DNA of 41,983 bases, taken from Octopus bimaculoides (taxonomy: Eukaryota). This document shows, piece after piece, positions 1 to 11,460 of the stretch. Both the position numbers and the translations under genes were made by a program. Location: contig NC_068990.1 in the NCBI RefSeq assembly GCF_001194135.2, positions 73,583,588-73,625,570 on the forward strand, read 5' to 3'. Under the pieces are notes generated by a model. The model worked only from the letters and a program-made list of their open reading frames with translations, was not told the origin of the DNA and did no database searches. Every line of letters starts with the position of its first letter. The stretch's first letter is position 1.

Positions 1-564
1 TATATATATATATATACATATACACACACACACACACACACACACTCACACACACACACACACACATATATATACATCACAAAACCACAACAATACCACT
101 GACAACAACAAATGGATAATTTTGTTCGTCATACATTTACTTCAAAAGTAACTTCTACTTCATTGGTTGTGTGGTAATATATAGAAAAATATAAAGTAAA
201 AAAATATAAACGAAGTGAAGAAATATAAAATAAAATAAATAAAAAAAAACAAGGGTATTTACTTATATATTTCTAGCATGCCATATCATCACATACGTAC
301 ACAATGGTATGTAGTTTTTGGTCTATGCAAAATGATATAAATCTGACTTTTATTAGCAATGAAATAAAGTTACAGTGAAAATATAAAAAACAAAAAAAAA
401 ATCTATGTGTATGTATACACACACACACACACATTTATTTTTATACATATATACATACATATACACACAAACACATACATGCACATATATATCTATATAT
501 ATAAATATTGGTAGATAGGTAAATATAGATATATATATATACATATATATTAACACAACATATG

Positions 565-600
<36 letters not shown>
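1..600. repeat. (TA)n/(CA)n compound microsatellites
   Basis: (TA)n-(CA)n at 1-75 and TA/CA mosaics at ~410-600. Confidence 0.95.
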
Positions 601-605
<5 letters not shown>

Positions 606-1805
606 TACATGAAGAAATGAACCAAAACAAACAAAGAAAATACAATACAAAATAAAGTTATAAAAAACTAAATAGTGATGCATTTGATGGTGAAAATTAG
701 TTGCTGATTAACTGTAATAAAAGTTTATCATTGAATAAACGAAATTAAGAAAATGATATCATTGTCATCGTTTTCATTATCATCATTGGAACTGTACAGG
801 TGCTTTTAACATATAAACCCATAACTATATGAGTGCAAGCATTGTTTATTTCATGATTTATTTCATAATCATGGATAAATTAAGAAATAGAGTCAAACAC
901 AGGTGTTATTCAAATCATTTATACTTCCAACATATGTTTCGAAAAAAGCATTGAGATTATTCCGGAGGGAATAAAAATGATGCAAAACAATGCAATCATT
1001 TTGTCAGGGCATTTAGGGTGAGGTATATAAAAGGCAGAGATACAGTTGCCTCCCCTGAAATCAGTATCCTTCCAGTATTTGACATACTGATTCTCAGATA
1101 TATAACACTTAAACTTAGTTTGAGTAGAATTTGATCTCATGATGTAGATATTCATTTTTTAAATATTCTTAAGCATTCAGTTCAGCCCTTCCCTCGTTGC
1201 TACCATTGTCACAGTGTGTTGGTCAATTATTAACAAATATATCACATCATGGTTAAATGTTTTTATCACCAAGCTATTTATGTAAATTATATGTGTCAGT
1301 ATCAATTATCTTCTAATTCTGTGATTGGATAATTATTCAGAAATTCTTTAATTCTCATGAATGTCTAACCCATGTGATGTGTTTGTGTTTTTTATGGATA
1401 TTTGTGTATGAGTATCATATGTATACGAATATATGTGTGTGCGTGTGTGTATGTATCGATGTATTTATGTATATATGAATATGATCTAGTTTATTTTTTG
1501 AGCTTTTCACAATGACAAAAGAGCTGGTTTCTAACCAAGAAACAAGATTTTTTCTTGGAATGTAGATAACATCAGTATGTTACTCATGTATATATGCATG
1601 GAAAACGGATGTTAAATGATGATGATGATAATATGTATATGTATATATATATATGCATATAAAACTTCATAAAACCAGAAGATGGAATGAACAAGTTTAA
1701 CTATAAATCACAACAAATGTTTCTGGGCATTGGTAACAGCTGTTAGTTACTGAGTTTTACATATCATATTATTACATAAATATTATATAAATAAATATAA
1801 TCCAG

Positions 1806-1830
1806 CACTTGCGTACCTGCATGTCATCAG
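1806..1830 (+). other. Possible 25-nt micro-exon
   Basis: ccAG at 1804-1805 and a consensus donor CAG|GTGAGT at 1831. The acceptor lacks a pyrimidine tract and no partner exon was identified. Confidence 0.12.
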
Positions 1831-1946
1831 GTGAGTAGTTTTGAGAGCACTGTTAGATGATGTTCAGTTTCCTACTAAATTCTGTTTTTAGCATTCATTC
1901 TATACTGAATAACATAATTCAAATAGATATGCCATTAAATTACCAA

Positions 1947-2313
1947 ATAAGAGCACTCAGAGAGTGCAAACTTTCGCCAAGGCAGCACCAACGTCCTCTC
2001 AATGGTTATCCAGAGATGATATTTAAAATGAGGATAACTGAAATAAACTTGACTGTTCTCACAAACGAGAATACTAAAAATGAACTCGACCACTCTCAAA
2101 AATTAGGTAAAAAAAAAACCAGAAACATAATCCAGAATCCTTGTCAGGCACTGGATCACTTCGAAAATATAAGCAGTTCGTGCCAGTTATCAGACCAAAT
2201 ATCCCTGAAAGTTTCATCCAAATCCAGCCAGCGGTTCTTGAGATATCTTGTCCATGGACAACTAAACATGACTGAAAGCAATACGCTCGCCTTCGCTAAG
2301 GCAGAAGCAATAA
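1947..2313 (+). mobile_element. Non-autonomous Helentron/Helitron-like element (HINE/DINE-1-like), copy 1
   Basis: Starts aagagcactcagagag, with subterminal ctttcgccaaggc (1971-1983), internal aaagtttcatccaaatcc...ggttcttgagatat and 3' hairpin GCCTT-cgct-AAGGC (2289-2302) followed by aataa. Colinear homolog at 20246-20610. Confidence 0.65.
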
Positions 2314-2773
2314 AGCAATTGCAGTAAAAGTAAAAATTATACATTCCAAAAGAAACCGACCAAAATTAGTCAATAATGCATGTATATATACATGCATAAA
2401 GGGTTGTGTGCATGTACATGCAGATGCAAGCATATGTTCATGCATGGATGTTATTGCGTAAGTAGATCTGTATGTTTTGATTTTTATAATAGTAAACATA
2501 CATATGATTGTATATTTACATATATGCATATATATGTATATATATATATATACATATAATAATAATAATAATATTAGGGACAAAATCCAAAATTACAAGT
2601 AAAAACTCAATTAAAATCAATTTATAAAAAATCAAAATTAAATTGAGCTTTATAGATAAAATATATATAAAATATATATAAAATATATAGTTTTAGGGAA
2701 AATAACCAAGTTTCAAGAACTCATCGATGAAAATCCACTATCACATATAGAAAAATTAACAATTAAAACCACA

Positions 2774-2881
2774 ATAAATGAGTATAATATAAAATAAAGT
2801 AAATATCATAAGATAAAGATAATAAAATTTTATTATCTTTATCTTATGATATTTACTTTGTTTTATATTATACTCATTTAT
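2774..2881. repeat. Spacerless palindrome, 54-bp arms, 1 mismatch, running into a gap
   Basis: 2774-2827 is the reverse complement of 2828-2881 except for one T/C difference. Confidence 0.95.
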
Positions 2882-5871
2882 NNNNNNNNNNNNNNNNNNN
2901 NNNNNNNNNNNNNNNNNNNNNNNNNNNNNNNNNNNNNNNNNNNNNNNNNNNNNNNNNNNNNNNNNNNNNNNNNNNNNNNNNNNNNNNNNNNNNNNNNNNN
3001 NNNNNNNNNNNNNNNNNNNNNNNNNNNNNNNNNNNNNNNNNNNNNNNNNNNNNNNNNNNNNNNNNNNNNNNNNNNNNNNNNNNNNNNNNNNNNNNNNNNN
3101 NNNNNNNNNNNNNNNNNNNNNNNNNNNNNNNNNNNNNNNNNNNNNNNNNNNNNNNNNNNNNNNNNNNNNNNNNNNNNNNNNNNNNNNNNNNNNNNNNNNN
3201 NNNNNNNNNNNNNNNNNNNNNNNNNNNNNNNNNNNNNNNNNNNNNNNNNNNNNNNNNNNNNNNNNNNNNNNNNNNNNNNNNNNNNNNNNNNNNNNNNNNN
3301 NNNNNNNNNNNNNNNNNNNNNNNNNNNNNNATGCTGCTCTTTAGAGCAAATAAAAGTAATTTCAGTACACTTTGTGCATAAAATAAAAAACAGTTTTTTA
3401 AAAAGAAATAATAATTATCGATTTTAGTCTATAAATGTGAATGATTTACAAAATTTACTGCAGGGAATTCATAAATATTTTTTCATACAATAAATGAATT
3501 TAAGTTGAATTTTTAAAATTTTTTGAAGTATAAAAGAATATAAAAATATATCTCTTATAAAGTATCTTTGATACCAATATAGATAATATAGCTATAAATA
3601 GTAGATCATAATACATATAGAAAGGTAATATTTATCTCCACTTAAATGTAAATGTTCTGTTAGAACAAACTATACTGCAGTAGATATCATGAGAGAAACT
3701 CTCATATTGGCTTTTGGTGCAAAATGCACTCCTGTTAATATCAGTAGTGGGGAGATAAATTATTGCTATTTCTAGTGTTGAGACCAACAAATCATGTGAT
3801 TCCAACCTTCCTTGATGATGATGATGGTGGTGAAATGAGTCATTGCTATCTCTAGCAGTCGAGTGTTCATCAATGATGAGATCATGTCTGTTACAACCTT
3901 TTCCACAACATTACATCATACAAAAATCTCATCACAATACTAAACTATATATAAAGCATGATGTAATGTCCAAAGCAGAGTTCAGTCAAAATGATAGTCA
4001 TGGAGATCAAAATACTGATATACAAGGTTTTTAAAATTACAAGTCAGGTATACAAAATATAATTTTGGTAGCTGTGCTGGGTACCTAGGAACATTTTGTC
4101 ACACACCAGTGTCTGGTGACACACCACTATCCTTTGTTACACCATTCATTGCATGAAATTATTAAGCATTATAGCTATATTAAACAATTCTTTCTATTAA
4201 GACAATTCTTTATATAAAAGACTTCTTTATTACATAAAATAAACAATTAGTAGAATGCTTGTGTTGTTATTGGAGAAGTAGGTTTGAGGCAGCTTTTGAC
4301 TTTTTCTATTCAAGGGATCTCTCTCATCTATTACATGCAACTATTATGTATAGGTTCAGATAGGTTTTGATACGTTGGTATGATGTTAGACTGCACATTG
4401 TTCCATTAATAAACCAAAGCCATCATTCTTTAATTAGCATTTATTTTTACATTGTTGCTTGCCTGTAGCATATAGTGGTGTGCTAGAACAAATATAGTTT
4501 GTAATTACGTTACTAACAGAGCAGATTAGCTTCACGTGTGACGGTGGGAATAACACTGTCCATATCCTAATTGAAGAATTCTTTAACTTGAGGCTGAGCT
4601 TCAGTCAAGGAAACTAATTAATTTAAAGGGCTTGTTGTTTGTGCTTCTGAAGTGTGTTGCTCTCTTGTTTATGCATGTTATTGCTTATATAACCACAGAA
4701 GTGTGAGAAGTACTGGAACAAAATAGAACATTCTCTAGCACGGGGTGATATTCCAGCAAGTTGCTTGGTTAATATTCAGGATATGTCACCTGACCTAAGT
4801 GTGGTCTGATCCTGGTGACTAAATCTGTGAGGTTCTTAATTCTAAGCCTCACAACAAAAGCTTCATCTGCTTCAAAAGCCACTATTCCAAAAATAATTAT
4901 TTGATGTTCTCTTGAAATTTATAAATTCTTATGACATCAACAACATACAATAATCTCTAGAAAGAATAGGGTCTCTAAAATGCTTGGAGAAATTCAAAGG
5001 ATTGTTTTGTACATTGGTAGAATACCTGTCATGTCTACAGGAGATGTGGGTTCAACTGTAAAGGGCAGTCTTCACTTTTTCTATCCAAAAGAGTTTTTCA
5101 AACCACTTAGATGCTTTGATTTAAAAGAGTTATTTCCCACTCCTTCAAAGTTTTTAGAGACTTTTTATGATGTCAAGGAGTTAATTTTCTATTTTGCATA
5201 TTTTAAAAGTACATATTTTATATTTTAGTATTTACAATTTTAATATTTCTACAGCATACATAGCTGTATCTAAAAGCAAATACCAGCATGTTACAACACA
5301 CTCTTTGGCAAGCATTGATATACAATGTTAGAAGCTGCTGCTGCAGGCTTAGTACTTATTAATGTCTGAATAGGATGGCAGATGAAGTAATAATAATACA
5401 ATAATACTATACATAATTACAATAATAATAGGGTGACATTAACAAATACACAAACATATCACACAAGAGGTTACATTATCAGAGTGGAATAAAAGAAAAC
5501 CCAATAGAATTATGCTTCTAGATTATCACCATTAAAACTAACAGTGTTGATTGAATCTTTTACATGACATGTGACGTATTCAAGTTGTTAAGACAGTCTT
5601 AGCATTACAAAACTACACTATGTCGATAGAACTCACTTCAAGGAGAACATTATGGCTTTCAGCTCTAAAACATTGCTAAAAAAAAGCTTGATCATTATAT
5701 AGAAGTAGACCTGTGAAAGCAGAAAGCATTCAATTATATATAATCATATATAATTATATATAATTATAAAATTATGTATTTTTTTTTCTATAGATACTTT
5801 GCTGTTGATGTTGTTGTTGTTGTTGTTATTATTGTTGTCATTGTCCCCTTCCCACTTTCCTCCTCCTCTTC

Positions 5872-5902
<31 letters not shown>

Positions 5903-5984
5903 TTCCAAGTATATCTATATCCATATATATTTATATGTATATACGTTTCCATACAGGTAAATTTGAGTGTGTTCATTTGTTCTT

Positions 5985-6204
5985 GTGTTCTTTCATTTGT
6001 TTCAGTCATTTGACTGTGGCCATGCTGGAGCTCTACTTTCAGACGAACAAATCAACCCCAGGACTTATTCTTTATAAGCCTAGTAGTTAGTTTATCAGTC
6101 TCCTTTATTGAACTGCTAAGTTATGGGGACATAAACACACCAGCATCGGTTGTCAAACGATGGTAGGGGGACAAACACAGACAAATAAACACATACATAC
6201 ATAC

Positions 6205-6235
<31 letters not shown>

Positions 6236-6240
6236 TATAT
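5985..6240 (-). mobile_element. tRNA-derived SINE family A, 3' half
   Basis: Reverse complement of the 3' half seen at 33590-33691, 17590-17810 and 36990-37195 (gacaaccgatgctggtgtgtttatgtccc...cagcatggcc.cagtcaaatgactgaaac). Confidence 0.85.
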
Positions 6241-7161
6241 NNNNNNNNNNNNNNNNNNNNNNNNNNNNNNNNNNNNNNNNNNNNNNNNNNNNNNNNNNNN
6301 NNNNNNNNNNNNNNNNNNNNNNNNNNNNNNNNNNNNNNNNNNNNNNNNNNNNNNNNNNNNNNNNNNNNNNNNNNNNNNNNNNNNNNNNNNNNNNNNNNNN
6401 NNNNNNNNNNNNNNNNNNNNNNNNNNNNNNNNNNNNNNNNNNNNNNNNNNNNNNNNNNNNNNNNNNNNNNNNNNNNNNNNNNNNNNNNNNNNNNNNNNNN
6501 NNNNNNNNNNNNNNNNNNNNNNNNNNNNNNNNNNNNNNNNNNNNNNNNNNNNNNNNNNNNNNNNNNNNNNNNNNNNNNNNNNNNNNNNNNNNNNNNNNNN
6601 NNNNNNNNNNNNNNNNNNNNNNNNNNNNNNNNNNNNNNNNNNNNNNNNNNNNNNNNNNNNNNNNNNNNNNNNNNNNNNNNNNNNNNNNNNNNNNNNNNNN
6701 NNNNNNNNNNNNNNNNNNNNNNNNNNNNNNNNNNNNNNNNNNNNNNNNNNNNNNNNNNNNNNNNNNNNNNNNNNNNNNNNNNNNNNNNNNNNNNNNNNNN
6801 NNNNNNNNNNNNNNNNNNNNNNNNNNNNNNNNNNNNNNNNNNNNNNNNNNNNNNNNNNNNNNNNNNNNNNNNNNNNNNNNNNNNNNNNNNNNNNNNNNNN
6901 NNNNNNNNNNNNNNNNNNNNNNNNNNNNNNNNNNNNNNNNNNNNNNNNNNNNNNNNNNNNNNNNNNNNNNNNNNNNNNNNNNNNNNNNNNNNNNNNNNAT
7001 ATTTGTTTTGCAAGATTTTTGATGTGAAATCGTGTGTTGAAATAGATGTTGTTGTACTTGGGGATGGTCATATTGCCAGTTTAGCCAATAAAAACACACA
7101 CACTGTATATTTGGTGTTAATTAGCTTCAGCTTTATATTACGTTAATCTTAATCTTATTTC

Positions 7162-7206
7162 GGCCAGAGTTCTTTCGTCACACTTCTGTGACCTCATCAG
7201 TGGTCC
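7162..7206 (-). ncRNA. Minimal type I hammerhead ribozyme motif (mirror copy)
   Basis: Exact reverse complement of 7409-7453. Confidence 0.65.
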
Positions 7207-7408
7207 TTTGTTTCCTTCCTTCTTATGTGTGTCTCACCTTGCTAACTATCAGCTAACAAACACATGTACTTATTTCTCTTTCCAAAATATGTATGCATGT
7301 GTATGTGAGTGTTATACATATACACACCTTGCTAACTATCAGCTAACTATCAGCCAAAATGGCTGATAGTTAGCAAGGTGAGACACACATAAGAAGGAAG
7401 GAAACAAA

Positions 7409-7453
7409 GGACCACTGATGAGGTCACAGAAGTGTGACGAAAGAACTCTGGCC
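7409..7453 (+). ncRNA. Minimal type I hammerhead ribozyme motif
   Basis: Stem I GGACCA/TGGCC (one bulged A); core CTGATGA 7415-7421; extra G 7422; stem II GTCACA-gaag-TGTGAC; GAAA 7439-7442; 2-bp stem III AG-aa-CT; cleavage triplet CTC (7446-7448). Confidence 0.65.
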
Positions 7454-8320
7454 GAAATAAGATTAAGATTAATGTAATATAAAGCTGAAGCAAATTAACA
7501 CCAAATATACAGTGCGTGTGTTTTTATTGGCTAAACTGGCAATATGACTATCCCCAAGTACAACAACATNNNNNNNNNNNNNNNNNNNNNNNNNNNNNNN
7601 NNNNNNNNNNNNNNNNNNNNNNNNNNNNNNNNNNNNNNNNNNNNNNNNNNNNNNNNNNNNNNNNNNNNNNNNNNNNNNNNNNNNNNNNNNNNNNNNNNNN
7701 NNNNNNNNNNNNNNNNNNNNNNNNNNNNNNNNNNNNNNNNNNNNNNNNNNNNNNNNNNNNNNNNNNNNNNNNNNNNNNNNNNNNNNNNNNNNNNNNNNNN
7801 NNNNNNNNNNNNNNNNNNNNNNNNNNNNNNNNNNNNNNNNNNNNNNNNNNNNNNNNNNNNNNNNNNNNNNNNNNNNNNNNNNNNNNNNNNNNNNNNNNNN
7901 NNNNNNNNNNNNNNNNNNNNNNNNNNNNNNNNNNNNNNNNNNNNNNNNNNNNNNNNNNNNNNNNNNNNNNNNNNNNNNNNNNNNNNNNNNNNNNNNNNNN
8001 NNNNNNNNNNNNNNNNNNNNNNNNNNNNNNNNNNNNNNNNNNNNNNNNNNNNNNNNNNNNNNNNNNNNNNNNNNNNNNNNNNNNNNNNNNNNNNNNNNNN
8101 NNNNNNNNNNNNNNNNNNNNNNNNNNNNNNNNNNNNNNNNNNNNNNNNNNNNNNNNNNNNNNNNNNNNNNNNNNNNNNNNNNNNNNNNNNNNNNNNNNNN
8201 NNNNNNNNNNNNNNNNNNNNNNNNNNNNNNNNNNNNNNNNNNNNNNNNNNNNNNNNNNNNNNNNNNNNNNNNNNNNNNNNNNNNNNNNNNNNNNNNNNNN
8301 NNNNNNNNNNNNNNNNNNNN

Positions 8321-8562
8321 TTAGATTCCACATTCGAGTTATCTCTATTTCCAGGTCTTTGTATTTTGAAAGTTTTTCCATTTCTTTTAGAGAAACGTTG
8401 TCATCTGCTGGTATTGATACATCAATTAGAAAGCATTTTTTTTCCTTCATGATCTTTGACAACTATATCTGGTCTATTTGCCTTAATTTCTCTATCTGTG
8501 TGTATTGGCATATCCCAGAGTATGGTTGCTTTCTCGTTTTCTGTGACCTTTTCTGGCGTGTG

Positions 8563-8565
<3 letters not shown>
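8321..8565 (-). mobile_element. 5'-truncated non-LTR retrotransposon, restriction-like endonuclease (RLE) domain, R4/Dong-like
   Basis: Translates KHTPEKVTENEKATILWDMPIHTDREIKANRPDIVVKDHE / (+1 frameshift near the 8-T run at 8436-8443) / KKCFLIDVSIPADDNVSLKEMEKLSKYKDLEIEITRMWNL, containing the RPD..D..K RLE motifs. Confidence 0.9.

Positions 8566-8627
<62 letters not shown>
8566..8627. repeat. (ATT)n microsatellite
   Basis: About 20 perfect units directly abutting the LINE 5' junction. Confidence 0.95.
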
Positions 8628-9145
8628 CGTTGTTGTTATTAGTTTTCTACCTTTTCCATTTTTCCAATGCAAAGAGATATTAATTTACTTTTATCACTAC
8701 CACCAAAATAATATTAGAACCCCAAAAGATGAAAATGCCGCCATATCAAATCAAAACAATATAATATGTTAGTGGCTATAGTTGAATAATATCTTTATAA
8801 ACTAAGGCTTAGATTTTAAAACGTTTTTAAATTATTTTTATTTTTATTTGTTTCTATTTTTTTTTTCTCACAATGTAAAAATAAAATTAATCTCATGGGC
8901 AGCAATAAATATTGTTTTAAGAGCATTAGATTAACAAATTATATTTTTGAAATCCTGTTTTAGAAGACCAGAATATATATATCTGTACATATACATATAT
9001 ATTGCATATTTGTATTTATATATATATATATTTGTGTGTACATATGCATACAGGTGTGTATATGTATAACACTCACATATACATGCATATATATTTTGGA
9101 AAGAGAAATAAGTACATGTGTTTGTGTGTGAATATTTATATCATA

Positions 9146-9303
9146 GGCACAGGAGTGGCTGTGTGGTAAGTAGCTTGCTTACCAGCCACATGGTTCCAGG
9201 TCCAGTCCCACTGCATAGCACCTTGGGCAAGTGTCTTCTACTATAGCCCTGGGCCAACCAAAGCCTTGTGAGTGGATTTGGTAGACAGAAACTGAAAGAA
9301 ACC

Positions 9304-9337
<34 letters not shown>
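9146..9337 (+). mobile_element. tRNA-derived SINE family A (CORE-like), 5' half
   Basis: A-box-like tggctgtgtgg, B-box-like ggtccagtccc, CORE-like ccttgggcaagtgtcttc, then central (TA)n into a gap. Confidence 0.88.
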
Positions 9338-10072
9338 NNNNNNNNNNNNNNNNNNNNNNNNNNNNNNNNNNNNNNNNNNNNNNNNNNNNNNNNNNNNNNN
9401 NNNNNNNNNNNNNNNNNNNNNNNNNNNNNNNNNNNNNNNNNNNNNNNNNNNNNNNNNNNNNNNNNNNNNNNNNNNNNNNNNNNNNNNNNNNNNNNNNNNN
9501 NNNNNNNNNNNNNNNNNNNNNNNNNNNNNNNNNNNNNNNNNNNNNNNNNNNNNNNNNNNNNNNNNNNNNNNNNNNNNNNNNNNNNNNNNNNNNNNNNNNN
9601 NNNNNNNNNNNNNNNNNNNNNNNNNNNNNNNNNNNNNNNNNNNNNNNNNNNNNNNNNNNNNNNNNNNNNNNNNNNNNNNNNNNNNNNNNNNNNNNNNNNN
9701 NTTCATTCATTCACACACACAAACACACACACACACGCACATGCACACGCGCGCGCGCACACACACACACACACACACTCTCTCTCTCTCTCTCTGTTTC
9801 TCTTTCTCTCTCTCATCTACACATAGCTGCTGAGTTTATCCAGTGAAACTGCTGCACGAGCAGAACTTTCTGCTATGACTGCGTTGTTCATCTTTGGACT
9901 GTCATGTCCCATGCAAGCTTTTGGCAATAACCAAATGATGAATCATAGATTATGGCTGCTTTCTCATTCAGCCAATTTTCCAATCATTTCATTGTTAATG
10001 CAGTAATACATTCATTTCATATTGTTATGCCTGTGACCATTATGTATATCATTAAAACACCAACAAAGAGGA

Positions 10073-10207
10073 GAACTAAGATATTTTGAAAACTTAATAA
10101 GAATAAATTATTCACAGACATAGTTAATAGACTGCAAAATAAATGGGAAGAGAGGAAGAGAAAAACTAAGAAATACGTGGATGGATAGTACCATGAAGTG
10201 GACACGA
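10073..10207 (+). mobile_element. Ancient RTE LINE C-terminal remnant
   Basis: ELRYFENLIR...IDCKINGKRGREKLRNTWMDSTMKWT resembles the RTE C-terminal consensus LRYFGHI.R...EGKIEGKR.RGRPR.TW.D.I..WT. Confidence 0.55.
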
Positions 10208-10339
10208 ATCCTATCAAGAACTGAGCAATAACGGTACAAGGACAACTTGGGAAAGACCAAGATTGTGATCCATGGTATATAATCTGTTTTAAACAGGCAA
10301 TATTTGATGATGGTTATACTGAGATGAATATATCAATGG

Positions 10340-10485
10340 GCACTGGCATGGGTGTCTAGATAAAATGTTTGCTTTGGAATTGCGCAGTTCTTGGTTCAGT
10401 CTGCTGAGTAGAATCTTGGTCAAGTGACTTCTACAATAGCCCAGCCTTGGGTTGGTTCAAGCCTTTGTGTGTGTGTGTGTGTATA
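10340..10485 (+). mobile_element. Highly decayed SINE family A head
   Basis: cttggttcagtc...cttggtcaagtgacttctacaatagc...aagccttt aligns with the family A head. Confidence 0.5.
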
Positions 10486-11309
10486 CACTCATAGAGCCAA
10501 ACACATTCGCTAGCTTTCTTACAAGGAGGTCTAATGCTCTTAGCTTAGACTTTTTGGGGGGAAACCAAATCAAACCATCTCAAGGTATAACTGCCTGAAA
10601 TGATTGTGACTTCTGGGACTTGACTGATGAAAGAAAGCCAAGAATGACCCATCTTTTTTTGCCTGTCCTTCTATTTGTTGTTTCTCTTGTCTGCCTTTGT
10701 ATAATCTGTCTGTCCGAATGTTTTAATGCTCTCTTTTGTGTTTTTGTTCCATTTGTACATTTTCATGTATATATNNNNNNNNNNNNNNNNNNNNNNNNNN
10801 NNNNNNNNNNNNNNNNNNNNNNNNNNNNNNNNNNNNNNNNNNNNNNNNNNNNNNNNNNNNNNNNNNNNNNNNNNNNNNNNNNNNNNNNNNNNNNNNNNNN
10901 NNNNNNNNNNNNNNNNNNNNNNNNNNNNNNNNNNNNNNNNNNNNNNNNNNNNNNNNNNNNNNNNNNNNNNNNNNNNNNNNNNNNNNNNNNNNNNNNNNNN
11001 NNNNNNNNNNNNNNNNNNNNNNNNNNNNNNNNNNNNNNNNNNNNNNNNNNNNNNNNNNNNNNNNNNNNNNNNNNNNNNNNNNNNNNNNNNNNNNNNNNNN
11101 NNNNNNNNNNNNNNNNNNNNNNNNNNNNNNNNNNNNNNNNNNNNNNNNNNNNNNNNNNNNNNNNNNNNNNNNNNNNNNNNNNNNNNNNNNNNNNNNNNNN
11201 NNNNNNNNNNNNNNNNNNNNNNNNNNNNNNNNNNNNNNNNNNNNNNNNNNNNNNNNNNNNNNNNNNNNNNNNNNNNNNNNNNNNNATATACACATATACA
11301 TACATCTGA

Positions 11310-11460
11310 TGTAACTCACTTCCAGTCTTCCATGAAAAGCTGAACTGGCCATGGGGAAATATTACCTTGCTTGGAAATAGGAGGGTTGGTGACAGTAAGG
11401 TCATCCAGCTGTAGAAAATATGCCTTAACAAATTCCATTTGACAACTGCTATCACTGCAA
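11310..11460 (+). mobile_element. SINE family B 3' fragment (RTE-type tail)
   Basis: atattaccttgcttggaaa..gagggttggtgacag.aagg.catccagctgtagaaaat; homologous to 20130-20200 and to the reverse complement of 35900-36060. Confidence 0.7.

Larger units (their letters stand above)
6999..7569. mobile_element. Fold-back (inverted) pair of putative Penelope-like element pseudo-LTR/5' segments
   Basis: 7046-7253 and 7362-7569 are reverse complements with 4 mismatches in 208 bp. Each arm has a hammerhead motif followed by an ATG ORF start (MTIPKYNNIYFNTRFHIKNLAKQI, from 7071 on - and 7544 on +) that runs into a gap. The PLE assignment is inference. Confidence 0.6.

Noticed and set aside
1857-2327. 156-aa ORF, the longest gap-free ORF in the track
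   Set aside because: It lies mostly within the Helentron-like repeat, and the homologous copy at 20246-20610 has stops in this frame.
2718-2740. Minus-strand TCGATGAG-TTCTT-GAAAC, hammerhead-like
   Set aside because: The core has UC instead of CU, there is no G-C closing stem II, and no stem I pairing.
4200-5370. Unique, moderately GC-rich stretch tested as LINE or exon sequence
   Set aside because: No RT/EN motifs were recognised. The best splice-flanked candidates (4315-4377 on +, 4790-4956 on -) contain in-frame stops.
9146-9200. tRNA-like heads here and at 16315, 33384 and 38480 as tRNA genes
   Set aside because: Only A/B-box remnants, no cloverleaf, and each continues into SINE body sequence.
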